From Neoechinorhynchus agilis (taxonomy: Eukaryota > Animalia > Acanthocephala): a stretch of 64,000 nucleotides of DNA. The position numbers and the translations under genes were made by a program. Shown here piece after piece: positions 46,240-60,257 of the stretch (its first letter is position 1; the number at the start of each line of letters is the position of its first letter). The DNA lies in the NCBI GenBank assembly GCA_051530055.1, contig CM121343.1, positions 156,389-220,388 on the forward strand. The letters run 5' to 3'. The notes under the pieces were generated by a model, which made no database searches, was not told where the DNA came from, and saw nothing but the letters and a program-made list of their open reading frames with translations.

Positions 46240-47259
46240 CTGCGAAATGTTTCAACATGGTACCGCCATACATACTCAAATTGCGACTATGCTTTATTTT
46301 AGAAAAATTATGAAACGATCACGCCCATCGATTACCGTAATTCGTTCAATTTCCACTCTCGGTCTACCGTCCTTGTCTATTGCGTCTTCTACTGTGGTGC
46401 TTTTTTCGTCTTGGTTGCTCGCCATTATTTTCATTAAAGCGATTTGCGCTCCGATCGCAGTAGTCGTTGACGTATTTTGTAATAATTTCCGCATTTTTAT
46501 TACCTTCCGCCGTACCGAGTATTCGAGAATTGTGAGCAACTTCAAGGAGATAATGTATGCAAAGTTCCTCCTTTTTCAAAAGATCGACGAATAAACCCTT
46601 ATAGAACTGCAAACAAAGTCCAATGAGACTGGAATTCACGAACCCATTGAAGACTCTTGGCTCAAAATTGTTTTGTTGATTCTCTTGGATTTTGTAATTA
46701 AATTGTGGCATCGCTTGAAATGAATATTGATGATCACAAGGATGGAAGTATGATCTCGGATGAGTAAGGACCTCCGGCATCGTAACGTTTGTCATTGAAG
46801 GCGGATATAGCACCAAATAAGGATTACAAAAATGCATCGGCGAGAGATTGTGAGTCTAAGAACCCATCAATCGGGAAAATTGGCGGAACATAAACAAATA
46901 ATTAGAGCGTAACATTGAAATGTTTTGTAAACAACTCGATTTGCTTTCCGGCAAATCACGGTATTTATCAGCAAACGTCCGTATTCGAGTGAACCCAAAG
47001 AATTAATTGGCCTTTCTAAAGCGCTGTTTTAATTAAAAAAGCAAAAGATATGTGAAGGGGATTGGCTTCCGTATTTTTCACGAGAAATAAAGTTAATTCC
47101 AAATCCCAGTAGTCTACGAGATTTTTAACTAGCAAATTCTATAACCGATTTAAATCGGACTTCATCAAAACTTAAACTTTGGTCACTACGTTGCGTCCTA
47201 ACTAATTGGATTTTAGACGTCTAACGTTGCTAATAAAATTTATATTTGCAATACAGTCT
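46240..47259. repeat. 1.02-kb block duplicated in inverted orientation at 55971-56993; carries a 157-aa ORF (46364-46837, minus strand)
   Basis: Direct reverse-complement match, roughly 95% by eye. Confidence 0.95.
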
Positions 47260-49607
47260 AGCGAAGATGTACTGTGTACTTCAGGGTCGTCCCGTTTTAC
47301 ATTATGATTAAAGGATCAGTGATAACGAACAAGGTACTCCCAATATAGGATCCTCTTTGAATCCACTTGGAAATATTCGAGGAGTGGGACCATTTCTCCA
47401 ATGGAGTTTACCAAACTATGAGACCCTTTGGTCTGGATTTCGAGCAAGTTATTGCTTTTTCAGTACCGAATGTGATTGAGAACTTCCCCCTCAACAGGTT
47501 ACGAAAACATTGCCATTGACGTAGTTGACATTTTTAATGCATATCGATTTTTTTAAATGCATATCGATTTTTTAATATGGTCGCAGTTGCCATGTTGCAA
47601 ATTAGTTTTAAAATTCACATCTACATGTTTGCACCAATGATTCAAACCTGCAAAATCGTCCACTTTTTGTATGCTGGTGAAGCAGCAGTGGACGCGATCA
47701 TCAGGCATTTAATTCAGCGTCTTTATCTTCTTGATTGATAATATCAATGCCATTAATACTCCTTCTACAAACTACAGGAGGCTTTCAATGTTGAGTGCGA
47801 TATAATTTCTGCTGTTTTGATGTCAATAATCGATTGTGCGGGGCGCAAGTTGAGAATATAAATTTAGATTGGATATCGTTTCTCCCAATGAAATATCTAA
47901 ACCGTTTTCCAGGAGGGAGCATTCAGTAAGTTTATTATTGGGACTTGTAGTGGACCGCCAAATGTGCGGTGCGGAATGGAAGATACAGTGAAGGATATGA
48001 TTTCAAATATGTTCGATAGTCCGATTAAATATGGATTCGTTCCCGAATGCGGTCGCGTTTACTACATAACTCGATCGCAACCGTCCGTATTTACTTTAAT
48101 GGTGAACGATTTCTATGAAAGGACATTAAAGGATTTGAAGAATCGGCATCGGACCAACGGAGAAATAGTACGACTTCTGGGTAAGGAACCGGTATTGAGT
48201 ATAGTTAGAGGGTGGAATCTTTTAACTTACGATGGTCGCTCTCATTCTCAGAATTCCTTGTTCGAAATTTATAGAAAAGAATTTACTGTTCTGTTTGTAT
48301 TTTTGTCTCTTACCAAGGAACCCATTTTCAAGACTTTTTGCGGCTGATATAGTTTAGTTTTAGTAGTTTAAGTTTGTCGGAGAGCCCAATCTCCCTTTGG
48401 AATGGCTGTGATATACGTTAATCTGCTAGAAACAAATTTCAAGGACTTGAGTATTAGTTTGCATTTTCCATTGGTTTATATTGAGTATTGTTTTCCCAAA
48501 CAGTTAATTCCGAACAAATCCTACGACTTATTCTCACAATCCGGTTCCGAACCGGAAAATCGAACTTTTCCATCGTTCCGATACCGCTTCGAACAAATTC
48601 TTTATCTTTTGTCCTTTTATAGTAAAGACGGGTGGCTGTGATCGAGTTGTGTAATAAACTCGCCCGCCATTAGGAACGAACCCGTATTTGATCACGTCGA
48701 ACATATTTAAAATAATATCTTTAACAGTGTCGACCATTCCGCAACGCACCTTTTGCGGTCCAGTATGAATCCCAATAATAAACTTCCTGGAACCTACCAC
48801 CGGGAACGATGTTCGGATATCTCATGGATAGGAACGATGTTCAATTTAAATTTAAGTTTTTAACTTGCTTCCTGCATAACATTCTCAACTGTCGATTGAA
48901 GTTGTGAGCAAAGCTTCGATACGTGCCATACTGAATCTGTTCATTCTGGATTCTAATGCCCAGCAAAGGAGCTTTGGTATTTAGCATATTCCACTGCTTC
49001 AAGCTGTTAAATCCGCATGGATAAGAGTCAATCGAGGACCTCAATCTGCTTCAATACCCGGAGCAATTCGACGTCGGTCAAATCAAAGTTCCGGTGAATG
49101 GAAATGAATTCGATGCATGGATTGTATCGTGAATTGAATGTCATCCTTGAGATATATTCACCAGTGCAACAAGTCTTTGAAGAAGCTCGTTGTCAAGCCG
49201 GGAATATTAATAAAAGTCATAAGAAGCGAGTGGAAGCATTAGGAGACTTCTTAGTTTCTCATCTTCGAAGCGAATGGAAGCACGTTGCTTGGAGGTATCA
49301 AATCGAAGTACGAATGAGTTATGTTGAGAACTAACAATCAATCTTGAAGTACGGTGCTTTGATATCTTTACAGTTTAAATTAAAGTTGTGATGATATTTA
49401 CAATAAAAACTGAGAAAGCAATATCTGAGTGAGACCGTCTAAAAAGCGAGGAATTGCCTAGGGTTCACCTTCTCTCCACAGTCCCAATTTCAGGTTCATC
49501 GCAAATCAGATTCCATCTTTGTGATCAGATCTTGTAAACCTCCGGCCAACTTCCTGTGATTGTTCGTCCATTTCTAAATCTTCGCTAATTTGGCAAGGCA
49601 GAAACAT
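47260..49607. repeat. Right arm of the 2.35-kb inverted duplication (partner 38189-40536), carrying both trehalase fragments
   Basis: Reverse-complement match, about 99% by eye except one substitution cluster at 48763-48801. Confidence 0.97.
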
Positions 49608-50130
49608 CACTCGTCCTTTCCTTTGCTCTTAGCAAGATCAGGAAAGGAAGTTAAAGATTTAAGGTTTATTACAGTCGTACATACTGTAAAGTCTCAATTC
49701 GCGAAGAAGCGCTGGTTAGACACCGTACACGTGGACCTTAGAGAATCGAAGCTGCGCCTGGACCAGGTTCTCACACACTTTCTTAAGCATCTCCCTATTC
49801 TGAGTTGCTTCAATATCCTCACGCGGTCACTGATTTTGGGAGACAGTCCTCCTAACGCTTCTTGGGTCGTCTTCGCCTTCGTAGTTCGCAGCTTCTTGCT
49901 CCAGTTGGTTGGGATCCTGTCCTTTTGTGTTCGTAGAATCTTGAATGTTGTTCGCAGAAACCAAGTCACCGATTTTGTCCACATGAGCAGATCCTCGCAT
50001 ATATTTGCTTTCGATTCTATCCAGCCGATGTTTCGCTTTTGTCGTACATATCCTGAATCGCCTGAACATGCTTTTCAGGGCACAGCTTTCTTTTCAAGCA
50101 CGACCAAACCAATCGCCCCGGTACACGGAA
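49608..50130 (-). mobile_element. RTE fragment related to the 35.6-38.2 kb element, with different internal deletions
   Basis: 49742-49868 mirrors about 38063-38188, and about 50025-50125 mirrors about 37580-37680. Confidence 0.85.
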
Positions 50131-50570
50131 CAAGAAAAAGCTCCAATAAATGGCCACTGGCAGTCGGTTAGATCACGACTAATGGCGAGCGGGTCGAAGG
50201 AGTCCTGATGAACGTTGTTCTGATCAGCATCAAGTGCACTTTGCTGATCGCTGTTTCACTGAGGCAAAATGTGCCAAAACTATGCCCGTGTGTGCAAACG
50301 GTCAAGTTACCGGGCGTTTCACTTAGCACAAAGAGCTTAACGCTCTATCATCAGCAGCGCCTTGGACTCCGCCCACGCCCATAATATCCTCGAACCCGGG
50401 CATCTATTCCGATCTGATGGCAAGCGACCAGAGGGGATTATAATTTTCCCTTTGCAGTATAGAAAATGCATAGTCTCGGACGCCACATGCGCCGATTCGC
50501 TAGCAGCAATCAATCAAAGTAACGCGTTCTCGATGCCTAAAAGTGCCACGCCCGTGGCGGAAAGTCCAGG
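50130..50570 (+). mobile_element. CRE-clade zinc finger / restriction-like endonuclease remnant
   Basis: GRFT*HKELN...ALDSAHAHNILEPGHLFRSDGKRPEG...DATCADSLA. Confidence 0.8.
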
Positions 50571-50639
50571 AAGGAGTTCTCAATTTTCGTACAGTAATCA
50601 CTACCACACTCTTCATCTTTCATAGGCCCCCTAAGAAAT

Positions 50640-52302
50640 GGTCTTGGAGAATTCACTATTGCTGGCGTCTACCGCCCTCCTACCTCTCTTCCTGAGTCCT
50701 CTTTATGTCAACTGCAATTGATGATGGAGCTAATAAACTCGGCAAATTCACACCATTTTCTGACTGGAGAGGACTTCAATATACTATTTCCTCTCTCACT
50801 CTTGAGTCCTACTCAGAATGGCATTGATTTCAGCATGCCTTGGAAATCGTCCCGCTGACGTCTTGCATATGAGACCGTGTCTCCCCGAAGAGTCCACTGA
50901 ACAAGCTACCAGCCGGACCTGAGACACCTCACGCAGAAGATCCTTGAAAGAGTTGTGAATCTTCTGAACAAGAGGAATGTCCCAAGACGACTGCCATTGA
51001 GATAATCCTGTTTCAAAGATCGCATCCTTCGGTGATGTGCCTAAAATGGCATCGACATAGACTTTACTTGCCCGGCAAGAGGAGAGGAATTCAGGTAAAG
51101 CGACGTGTGAAGTGGTGCGAACTCCCAAACAACCATAAGCCGTGGGAAAAGTAGCCTGTCGCCAACCTGTGTCAGAAAATTTGACATTCAATATATGTCC
51201 CAGCTGCTTACGAATTGCCCCGTCGAGCTCTCCTAACAATTTGTCTTCTCCGAAACATGGAGCTGCTCTTATGAAGCAATTTCGGCATATAGAGGCAATT
51301 CTTGATCAAGAAGAGACCCTCATGTGCCGAAAGCTCAAAAGTTCGGCTGCAGAGCAACTCCATTTTCGGGATTTGTGCGCGCAGGTCCTTCGCAACATTC
51401 TTAGTTAGAACGCAGCTCCCGAGGAGTGTGAGCTGGTCAAAGGTGATCAAACCTAGACCAGGAGCAACTGATTCAAAATCGCTAGAGATTTGAGAGCGCT
51501 CGTTGTCAGTTGCGTTCAGGACGAGAAGTTCGCATTTTTGGGGATTTATTTCTATTCCCAAGCGGTCTGCATCATTCACGATCCTTTGATGGTCGCCTAA
51601 AACAACACTTTGATCGCTACCGAGTGTGGCATCGTCCAAGTACTAAGCGTTGAAAGGAGAAAAGATTGAATGGGCAAGATCATTTACTGCAACGGAGAAG
51701 CCTATGGGGCCGAGTGGATCTCCCTGTTGTACACCACTCCGAGAACAAATTATTTTGTCGGTGTACAGCAGTGGCGTATGGTTAGCATTTGCTCTCCAGA
51801 AATAAGGGTAAGCCTCTGGGACGACATCCTCAATCGCTTTTAACATTATTTCCCTTTTTAAGGTATTGAAAGCGTTTTTAAAATCTATTTTCAGAATTGC
51901 TGTTGGCTTCGTTCTTTGGGAGATAAATTTTCGCAGAGCATGCACGACCGCTTCAACTCCACAAGGAGTGCAGCAACCTAACTGACGGGGTCTTAAAAAT
52001 TCTTCCATTTTATCGGAGATTCTCCTACATAAAGCTTTCGCGGCTAACCTGCGCAAAGTGCAGCAAATGGCGATGGGACAAATCCCACCATCTTCCTTGG
52101 ACAAAGCACACAAAGAGGCGCCGAAGAAAAGATGTGTAGCCAAATTGCCAATATAGACCTCGATGAAAATATCAACTATTTTAAGCAAAGCAGTTCCGAG
52201 GGCTATTCCCGAAGCACTTGTAGAAAAAGACATCATATCTTTGAGGTGCTGTGGACGTAAGCCATCCGGCCCGTGTCCTGAGCCATTGGCGAAGGAGGAC
52301 AC
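50640..52302 (-). mobile_element. CRE-clade non-LTR retrotransposon RT region, degenerate
   Basis: GSGHGPDGLRPQHLKD, GGICPIAICCTLRRLAAK, KIDFKNAFN, GVQQGDPLGP, (Y)LDD, GCLGVR and GRHGLICKTSAGRFPRHAEIN. Confidence 0.9.
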
Positions 52303-52319
52303 AGCTTTCCTTATTTCTA

Positions 52320-54400
52320 AAATATTTGTTCGGAAAGCCTAATGTTCTACCTCAGCTTGATTCTATTGAATACATTTCCTTTATTTCTGATCCATTTGGA
52401 AAATCCTCCCAAGGACTAATTTCTGTCTTCAAATCTTCTCTTAATCCATCTTTAATATCTACATTCATGTCGAATGAGCTATCCTACTCTATCTTCAAAT
52501 TTTTCTTTACTCGCCGGCCTTTCACTCTTTATTCATCGTCCGGCCGTTAAGAATATCATGGCCTTCTCCGCTCCAATATCGACTTCATTGCTGGCGATTT
52601 TAACGATCCCTCAATGAAATGGTCCGAAGCCATAGTTAACTCTGTTAAACCTCAATACGAACTCTCCGCTCCTCTCACTCCATCGTTTCATATTGTAACG
52701 AAAATGCCCATTCCTTCTTGGACCTTACCATTCACAGAAAATGCTTGAACCTGCTAGTTCAAGTAGAGCGACAACTGTCTCTCTTCCACCTAACGGGCCA
52801 TGATGTCTTAATATAGTCCATCGGCTCCGACAATACACCTAGGAGAGTCCTTCAATTGTCTCCTCATAAAATCGCTCTGTTCAGATCGGTTAATTACTCA
52901 CTTCTCTCTCATCGCTATGTTTTAGACAACAATCTAAATTATGCCCTCCCTCATATTAACAGTATTATCAATACCACAGCTAATCTGTTTCTCTACCAGC
53001 CACAAAGAGTTTATTCTAGGCCTTATGAAAGCAGATCTTTTCGATTTATTGGGCGTCAATTATATCAAGCCAAAATTCGTGGTGATGCTCTTCTTGTCAA
53101 AGTGCTCTCTAGACATTCTTGGGCTGCCCGATGTCGACAACAATTGGCATCCGACCGCGCTATCACAACCATTCCCCTCGATGTGGTGGAATACAGTTTC
53201 TAGCATGAAGTTTATCAGTTGGAGATCGAAGCTCACCTCCTGGTTGAAAACATCCACCATGGATCATATACTCTCGTCTATCTTTGATTTTCATACCTCC
53301 TCTTGTTCTAAAGGCATCACACCGCCAGTCATTTTTAGGAGACTAATTCGTAATCGATCTGACTTTAATCAATCTGATATTGCCAAAGTTTGGTCCCTAA
53401 ATCCAAAATTGTCCTCATCCAACAGCACCTCAGGGACCAAATGCCACTCACTGCTTTCTTGGGATTGCGTCCTCCTTATAGCGAGTCTGATGTTGAAGTG
53501 CTCCCCTCATGCCTGGAGAGATATCAACATTTCGAGGCGCATTTTCTTGGTTAAAAATGGGAGAAAGTTAGTTAAGGCTCCCAACAACCTTCGGCCGATC
53601 TCCCTGCAAAATCCTTTGGTCACCATCTATGAGCAGGTTCAAGCGCATAAACTAAATCTTTTTATCAGGGAACACAACTGCACTTCCCGTAATTGCCATG
53701 GCTTTTCTAAAGGTCGAACTTCGGCTACGATGCTTACCCTCTTCGCGCTATTCTACCAGTGGACCTGCCTTAAACCTTTGACAAAATCTCCTTGAGCTTC
53801 ATTGTCGAGATGTTAGAATTTTTCAGTGTTCCTCATAATATCATTGCCAGGATTCAAAATGCACTTTTTTCAAAGGCTTTTTATTACGACGATGATGCTG
53901 GAAAACCCTTATATTCCCCTCTTAATGGTGTTCCACAGGGATCGCCGCTCTCTCCTTCTTTATTCCTCCTGGCTTCTCAATATTTTGTACAAAATTTTCC
54001 TTATAATGCTGCTTTGATCTGTTATGCTGATGATACCATCTTTGTGATGAAATCTCAAAAAGTCGCCAGCTTAAAACTTTTAATTGAACAGTCAATAGAC
54101 TATCTTAACACTATGCTACCTCGCATGAACCTCTCTCTCAATTTATCAAAAACAAAGTTGATCTTTAAAACCCGCTCAAGTCGTTTACGCAGAGATCTAA
54201 AACTATTCTTTTCCTCACTCCTTTCCAATAATTCTTTGTCCTTGCCTGTCGAGCCTTTTATGCCCAGTAAACTGCGTTTTCTCGGTCACACGTTTACAGT
54301 TAACTTATCCCCAGGACTGACATTTCTCAAATGAAGAAACTTCTGAAAGTAGCTAAATCAAAAGCCACTCGCGCCTACAATTTGGGACTTAATTGATTCG
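52320..54400 (+). mobile_element. Degenerate APE-type LINE (copy 1 of an unusual family)
   Basis: AGDFNDPS, LRPISLQNPLV, GVPQGSPLSP, CYADD and RFLG. Confidence 0.85.
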
Positions 54401-55970
54401 CTACCAAAATCGTGGGCTGGGTTCCTGAAGGATCTTTGCCTGCAACGGTGCAAACGTTGGACATCTAACCCACATTTCTAACTCACTTCATTGTCTATCG
54501 CATTAACTGTAAACCTCGCTATGCCGAATAAATTCCTCATTATTATTGGACTTTTGTAGTCCAGTGAATTAGATTCTTATTGGAAGAGGATGAATTCAGT
54601 TCTTGATATTGATAATTGGTTTCCTTGTGAGAAACGCCCGCCAAGTTTGCTTTAACCGTCATTCTAACAATCGCATGAGTAAGATTTACCCGTTGGAGAT
54701 AGTTTACAACAAAGCATAAATATGCCAAGATTGCGATCATCAACCGGGTTATAATAGCAACACGTTTTATTTATTTATTTTGCTTAAGAAGAGGAATTAT
54801 GTTTCTCTGGATCCTCGTGATCATTTTAGAGTGGATTACGGATCCGGTTTGGATGACTGATCCGGACTGTGTTTAGGAGTTCATCTTTGGACGATTTCAT
54901 TGTTTTGGTTACGCGTTCACCATTAGTCTTCAATGGATTTCACTGAGCCGATGATTACTTTTCATATTGACGCTGCAAATCCAAAGCTCTGCTCTAGGCC
55001 GTAGGTTTCCACTAGAATTGCACTTGTCACATTGGTTGAGTGCCTGGAAAGCTCAAGAACTTCGTTTAGATAACCAGCTTCTTGATTGGCTTCTTCATAA
55101 TCGCATGATGTGAATCTGATAGGCTTCCGTGATTAACGATAGATGCGGTGGTGCCCTGGGCTAGGCTGGACCAGCCCATCAATTAGGGGTCCCAGCCCAA
55201 GCGCTCGCAAGTTGGACTTTGGTAGCCATTGCATAAAAGGAGACACTCCTCAATAGAATGATGCCCCTCGAGAATGAAGCTGTCAAACATAACTGAACGG
55301 ACCATTGACACAAACTGAACCAAATTTTAGCCACAAAGAATATATCAAGGTCTTTAATTAACATGTTCATTGAATCATAAGATAACCACTTAATTTTCAT
55401 TATATTTGGTAAAAATTTATAAAACATGTTAAGTCTCTGCTCCGGTTGTCTTCCTCTTGCAAAAAAGTAAATGGTACTAAAAGTAAGAGTCTTAACTACG
55501 TTAACGATGAATCGTTGGTTTAATCCCTATCACTTGACGACCCTCTTGACCACGCATTTGACTCTTTTAAATTCGCGAGGACCGGAAAGTAGTAGATTAT
55601 ACAACTCTTGATCGCTCATCCACAATGCTAATGAATTCTTAGTCTTAGGCAGAGCTTCGTTCATATATCCATTCACATTGTTACACTCATAACGGTCAGA
55701 GGAACCCAATATTGCCCAAATCCGAGGCACGAAGAAATTCGACTATATCACATCGAACGATTAATTCAAGTTAAGTCTCACCCTTTCGAAGCTCAACTTA
55801 TTGCGGATACCTTAATCTGCCCGAACCACTCACGAGAAGAGGACGACACCTCGGACTGAGGCAGAAAAGGAAAATGACCCAATTATCAATTTAGGTCTAC
55901 AAACATTGGGCAGATGATATTAATTTAGGCATGAGCCTTGGCGATAGCCGACACTCGTCGCATCCACGCA

Positions 55971-56993
55971 AGACTGTATTGCAATTATAAATTTTATTAG
56001 CAACGTTAGACGTCTAAAATCCAATTAGTTAGGACGCAACGTAGTGACCAAAGTTTAAGTTTTGATGAAATCCGATTTAAATCGGTTATAGAATTTGCTA
56101 GTTAAAAATCTCGTAGACTACTGGGATTTGGAATTAACTTTATTTCTCGTGAAAAATACGGAAGCCAATCCCCTGCACATATCTTTTGCTTTTTTAATTA
56201 AACAGCGCTTTAGAAAGGGCCAATTAATTCTTTGGGTTCACTCTGAATATTGACGTTTGCTGATAAATTCCGTGATTTGCCGGAAAGCAAATCGAGTTGT
56301 TTACAAAACATTTCAATGTTACGCTCTAATTATTTGTTTATGTTCCGCCAATTTTCCCGATTGATGGGTTCTTAGACTCACAATCTCTCGCCGATGGATT
56401 TTTATAATCCTTATTTGGTGCTATATCCGCCTTCAATGACAAACGTTACAATGCCGGAGGTCCTTACTCATCCGAGATCATACTTCCATCCTTGTGATCA
56501 ACAATATTCATTTCGAGCGATGCCACAATTTAATTACAAAATCCAAGCGAATCAACAAAACAATTTTGAGCCAAGAGTCTTCAATGGGTTCGTGAATTCC
56601 AGTCTCATTGGACTTTGTTTGCAGTTTTATAAGGGTGTATTCTTCGATCTTTTGAAAAAGGAGGAACTTTGCATTCATTATCTCCTTGAAGTTGCTCACA
56701 ATTCTCGAATACTCGGTACGGCGGAAGGTAATAAAAATGCGGAAATTATTACAAAATACGTCAACGACTACTGCGATCGGAGCGCAAATCGCTTTAATGA
56801 AAATAATGGCGAGCAACCAAGACGAAAAAAGAACCACAGTAGAAGACGCAATAGACAAGGACGGTAGACCGAGAGTGGAAATTGAACGAATTACGGTAAT
56901 CGATGGGCGTGATAGTTTCATAATTTTTTCTAAAATAAAGCATAGTCGCAATTTTGAGTATGAATGGCGGTACCATGTTGAAACATTTCGCAG
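55971..56993. repeat. Inverted partner of 46240-47259; carries a 157-aa ORF (56394-56867, plus strand)
   Basis: Reverse-complement match. The ORF length is the same in both copies. Confidence 0.95.
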
Positions 56994-57347
56994 TACAGTT
57001 TTGAACAATATATTGTGTTGCCAAGCAAAAAAGAATTGGAGACAGTGGTAAGCTTTGAGGCAGGCCCTTGGTCTGATAAAATGTTCTTCGAAGAGGGTTG
57101 TTTTGGAAAAAGAAGGACTTTGAAACGAGTGTGTTATTGACCCGGGCGATTATGTTGTGCAGATAGTTAAAAAAATTTCGTTGTCTTAATTATAAAATCG
57201 ATATCAATGTTATCGAGTGCCTTTGAAATGTTGAAAGAAATTAAGACATTTGTTGGATTGGGGTGTCTGTAGAAATTATCCATTATTTCTCGGATTGCGG
57301 TATGTACATGCAATTGTGTTTCAATGCAAATTGCAAAATAGAACGAG

Positions 57348-59590
57348 CTAATGCTCTCTCGTAGATGGAGACCAGAGAGTTTTGGATTGCAATTGGTCTA
57401 ACTTCGTTCGATGATCTAACCTTACGGCGCTTGTTTTTGACCAAAAAAATCCGCTTGGCTGTGTTAATAGATTGGTGGCCTTGAAGGAAGCAGAGGAGTC
57501 GTTAGATGAGACCCTATTCTTGGAACCCCAGTGCGTAATAATATCACTGACCAATAAATCAAATCTGCGTCGCTTAATGGGTAAAAAGATGAGGTTAGTA
57601 GTGGACAAAGAGCATCCCGAGGAGTGGTCAAGACATACGGAAGTGACCACTGCATTGAGCCCATCTTCTTTAATCCATGCAGCAGCGGCACTGCGCCAGG
57701 GAATAAACTTCTTTTTGGCAACGATATTCCACCAAGACAACGAGTTGGGGAGAAACGAGCTGATATGCTTTTTATCACAATTCATTTGAAGGTGAGCTCG
57801 GCATGGATAGCACAATGCTGACCATAGTTTGGCAAGTTCAGAGTTTCCTTCATTATTGGCTCTAAAGAGTTCTCTACCGTAAAGGGAAGGAAGATTGGAT
57901 TTGCCCCTGCCCCATGCTTGCTTAGTGACCGTCGATAGAAAGGAATCGCTTGAATTTGCCAGAAATTCGTTGATTTCCTTAAGAGGCGGCTTACTACTAC
58001 TGCACTCGAAGAAGAGTGATGTGGAGTTATTAAAAAGTTGGATAAGATGAATTTTCGATTTAAAAGGATATTTCTTGAGAGATGCCAGATAAGAGCGTCG
58101 TGACCAGACGTTCGAAAAAACGTCGATTGGGAGCTAACTCTTGGTTTGATAGAAGACAATTTCCTTGCTAGACACAGGTCTAATGCTGAATTGTAGTTTG
58201 GAGCAGTGAACGTCGGGAAGGGAAGGGTAGATAATTTCGTGTGAGTCCGATGCACGAGATATCGCGCGAATCCATTTTCCCGAGGGGTCATTAAAGTCCC
58301 CGAATAGAAAATCAACTCCAGCGAATAGAAAATTCTTGATAATTGTTTTGTAGACCCTGAGAATTTTAGCTAGCTGGAGGAGTAATAAATGTAGATGAGA
58401 ATTGGTTAAGTTTTTTGATACCTTCGGGTAAGTCATAAAACGTGTGAATGCTTTTCGTTTCTTGGATAAAAACCACCTCGTAATTCTCTACGTCGGTTAA
58501 AATATTTGGAATTCCTAAGCGACCACCAGAGTTCCACTGGACTAACCTTAACTCGTTCATGAGCCGGTCTTTCTCCTTTTAATAAGATCCACTACACCCT
58601 CGGAGCACATTGGTTTCTGTTCTTCGATTATCTGCCGAACGAAGACTTCTTCATCCATCATTTCTGTGTCCGAAGCATCGATCCCTATTGGTTCGTCCTT
58701 GTTATGGAGAAACGACCTTTTAACGGGAGCCTGAGCAACTGCTGACGGAATCACTCGACTGAGGCCATTAGAAATAGAGGCAGTAAAATCCTCAAGAAGC
58801 CTCTCAAATCGTTTTTCCATATGCTGTATCGCGGTAGCGATTCTCAAGTCCACCATTCCCAAAATGTTTGTTGAAAAGTCGCTCAGGATCTTGTCTATAT
58901 TTTTCCCCTCGTTACAGCTTGAGACGGCCTCCAAGTGAATGCGAGAATGGGGTTGGTCCGTATTCGAATTATTTCTCAAGAAAGATGGCCGAGACTCCAA
59001 GTTCTTTTTTTGTTGGATCGGAGGGCTTTATTTTTAGCCCAAGCAACATATTGTTTGAAGACGGAGCAATTTTTCGCGAAAGCGCAATGGCCAATTTGTC
59101 CACAGTTTGCACAGTTTTTAATTCCTTTTGAACAGTTTGAGCTACAGTGTTGTTCGCCACAATACGCGCATTTGGATATCTTAGATGGGCAACGTTGAAT
59201 CCCACTGCTGACAACCTGCGCATCGAGGAAAAGTGAAATCGTCCATTCTAGAGATTTCGTTGGCAATAAAAGAGATTTCCATTGACTGAAAAAAACACCG
59301 CTTGGATATCAGGGAATTTCTCGTCTCTAAATCGGCTTTCAGGGCTGCCCTCGGAATTGGTTTACCGTTGCTTCGGGACTTCAAAAAAAATGGAATTTTG
59401 CATCCGAATTTGGATTCAAATAACCTTTTGTCATCCGATTCGATGTCCGGAGAACGACCCGACACAATAAAAGTCGACATGTATGAAGATTTCTCGAAGA
59501 CAACACCCTGCTCGTTGAACGAATCCAAGAAAGTTTGATCGAGACGTCTGTTCGATTCATTTGTAAGTTAAACCTTGAGCTTGCCACCGA
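57348..59590 (-). mobile_element. Degenerate LINE (copy 2): ORF1 with CCHC zinc knuckles, APE, and start of RT
   Basis: CAYCGEQHCSSNC and CANCGQIGHCAFAKNC; LVQWNSGG...FIQET; FGDFNDPS; VRPIAIQNSLVSIYE. Confidence 0.85.
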
Positions 59591-60257
59591 AGTATGTGAC
59601 CTTTAGGATACGTTGGATGTCGTCGTTGAACGATCGGGGCCATGGAATGAGGAATTTTTTATACAAGGTTTCCCTTGATTGAAATGGATGATATAGAGAT
59701 GGAATATGGCCATCTCTTTATCGGACTCTCCAGAAAATTTGGAGTGACGGATTGTATGCTGTGTGCTTTATCGATGGGAAGAGTTTAATTTTTTTTCCGG
59801 AGGCAAAGGGGTCTTCAGAAAGTTGGGTGGCCGTATGCCACCCTCCGCCGCAACGTTCGGTTGCGATATATATAATAATAATAATAAATATATATTACAA
59901 ACACACACGTGATAGCGGTCAACTTATCAATTATGGAGACTTAGTTATTTGTTAATTTTTTATAGTTGTAGCCAGTAATTCATCCTTTTTACCAATTCCA
60001 TCTTATCTTTTTGTCTTAAGAATGACGGGTTTTGTAGCAAGGCCTCACCGAAAATGAGCCGCTGTTCGGGTGGACGACCGCGACTAAAAAAGGTTAGTGC
60101 AGAAATTGCTCATGTTTTCCAGATAAAATATTGTTTTTTATAGCTCAGTTGCAGCCTCAACGCTCTTCCAATTTGCGTTAAAACTGTATCCTAAAATTTT
60201 AATTTTGTTAAAACGTAAATAACCAACGATGTTGGTTTGATCTAAAATATATAAAAA

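Noticed and set aside
46240-49607. Helitron capture as the origin of the composite block
   Set aside because: A CTAG occurs at the internal junction, but I found no terminal TC/CTRR pair with a subterminal hairpin and no Rep/helicase sequence.
59860-59890. (ATA)n tract as a LINE 3' tail
   Set aside because: It is on the wrong strand for the adjacent minus-strand LINE, so it is treated as a simple microsatellite.
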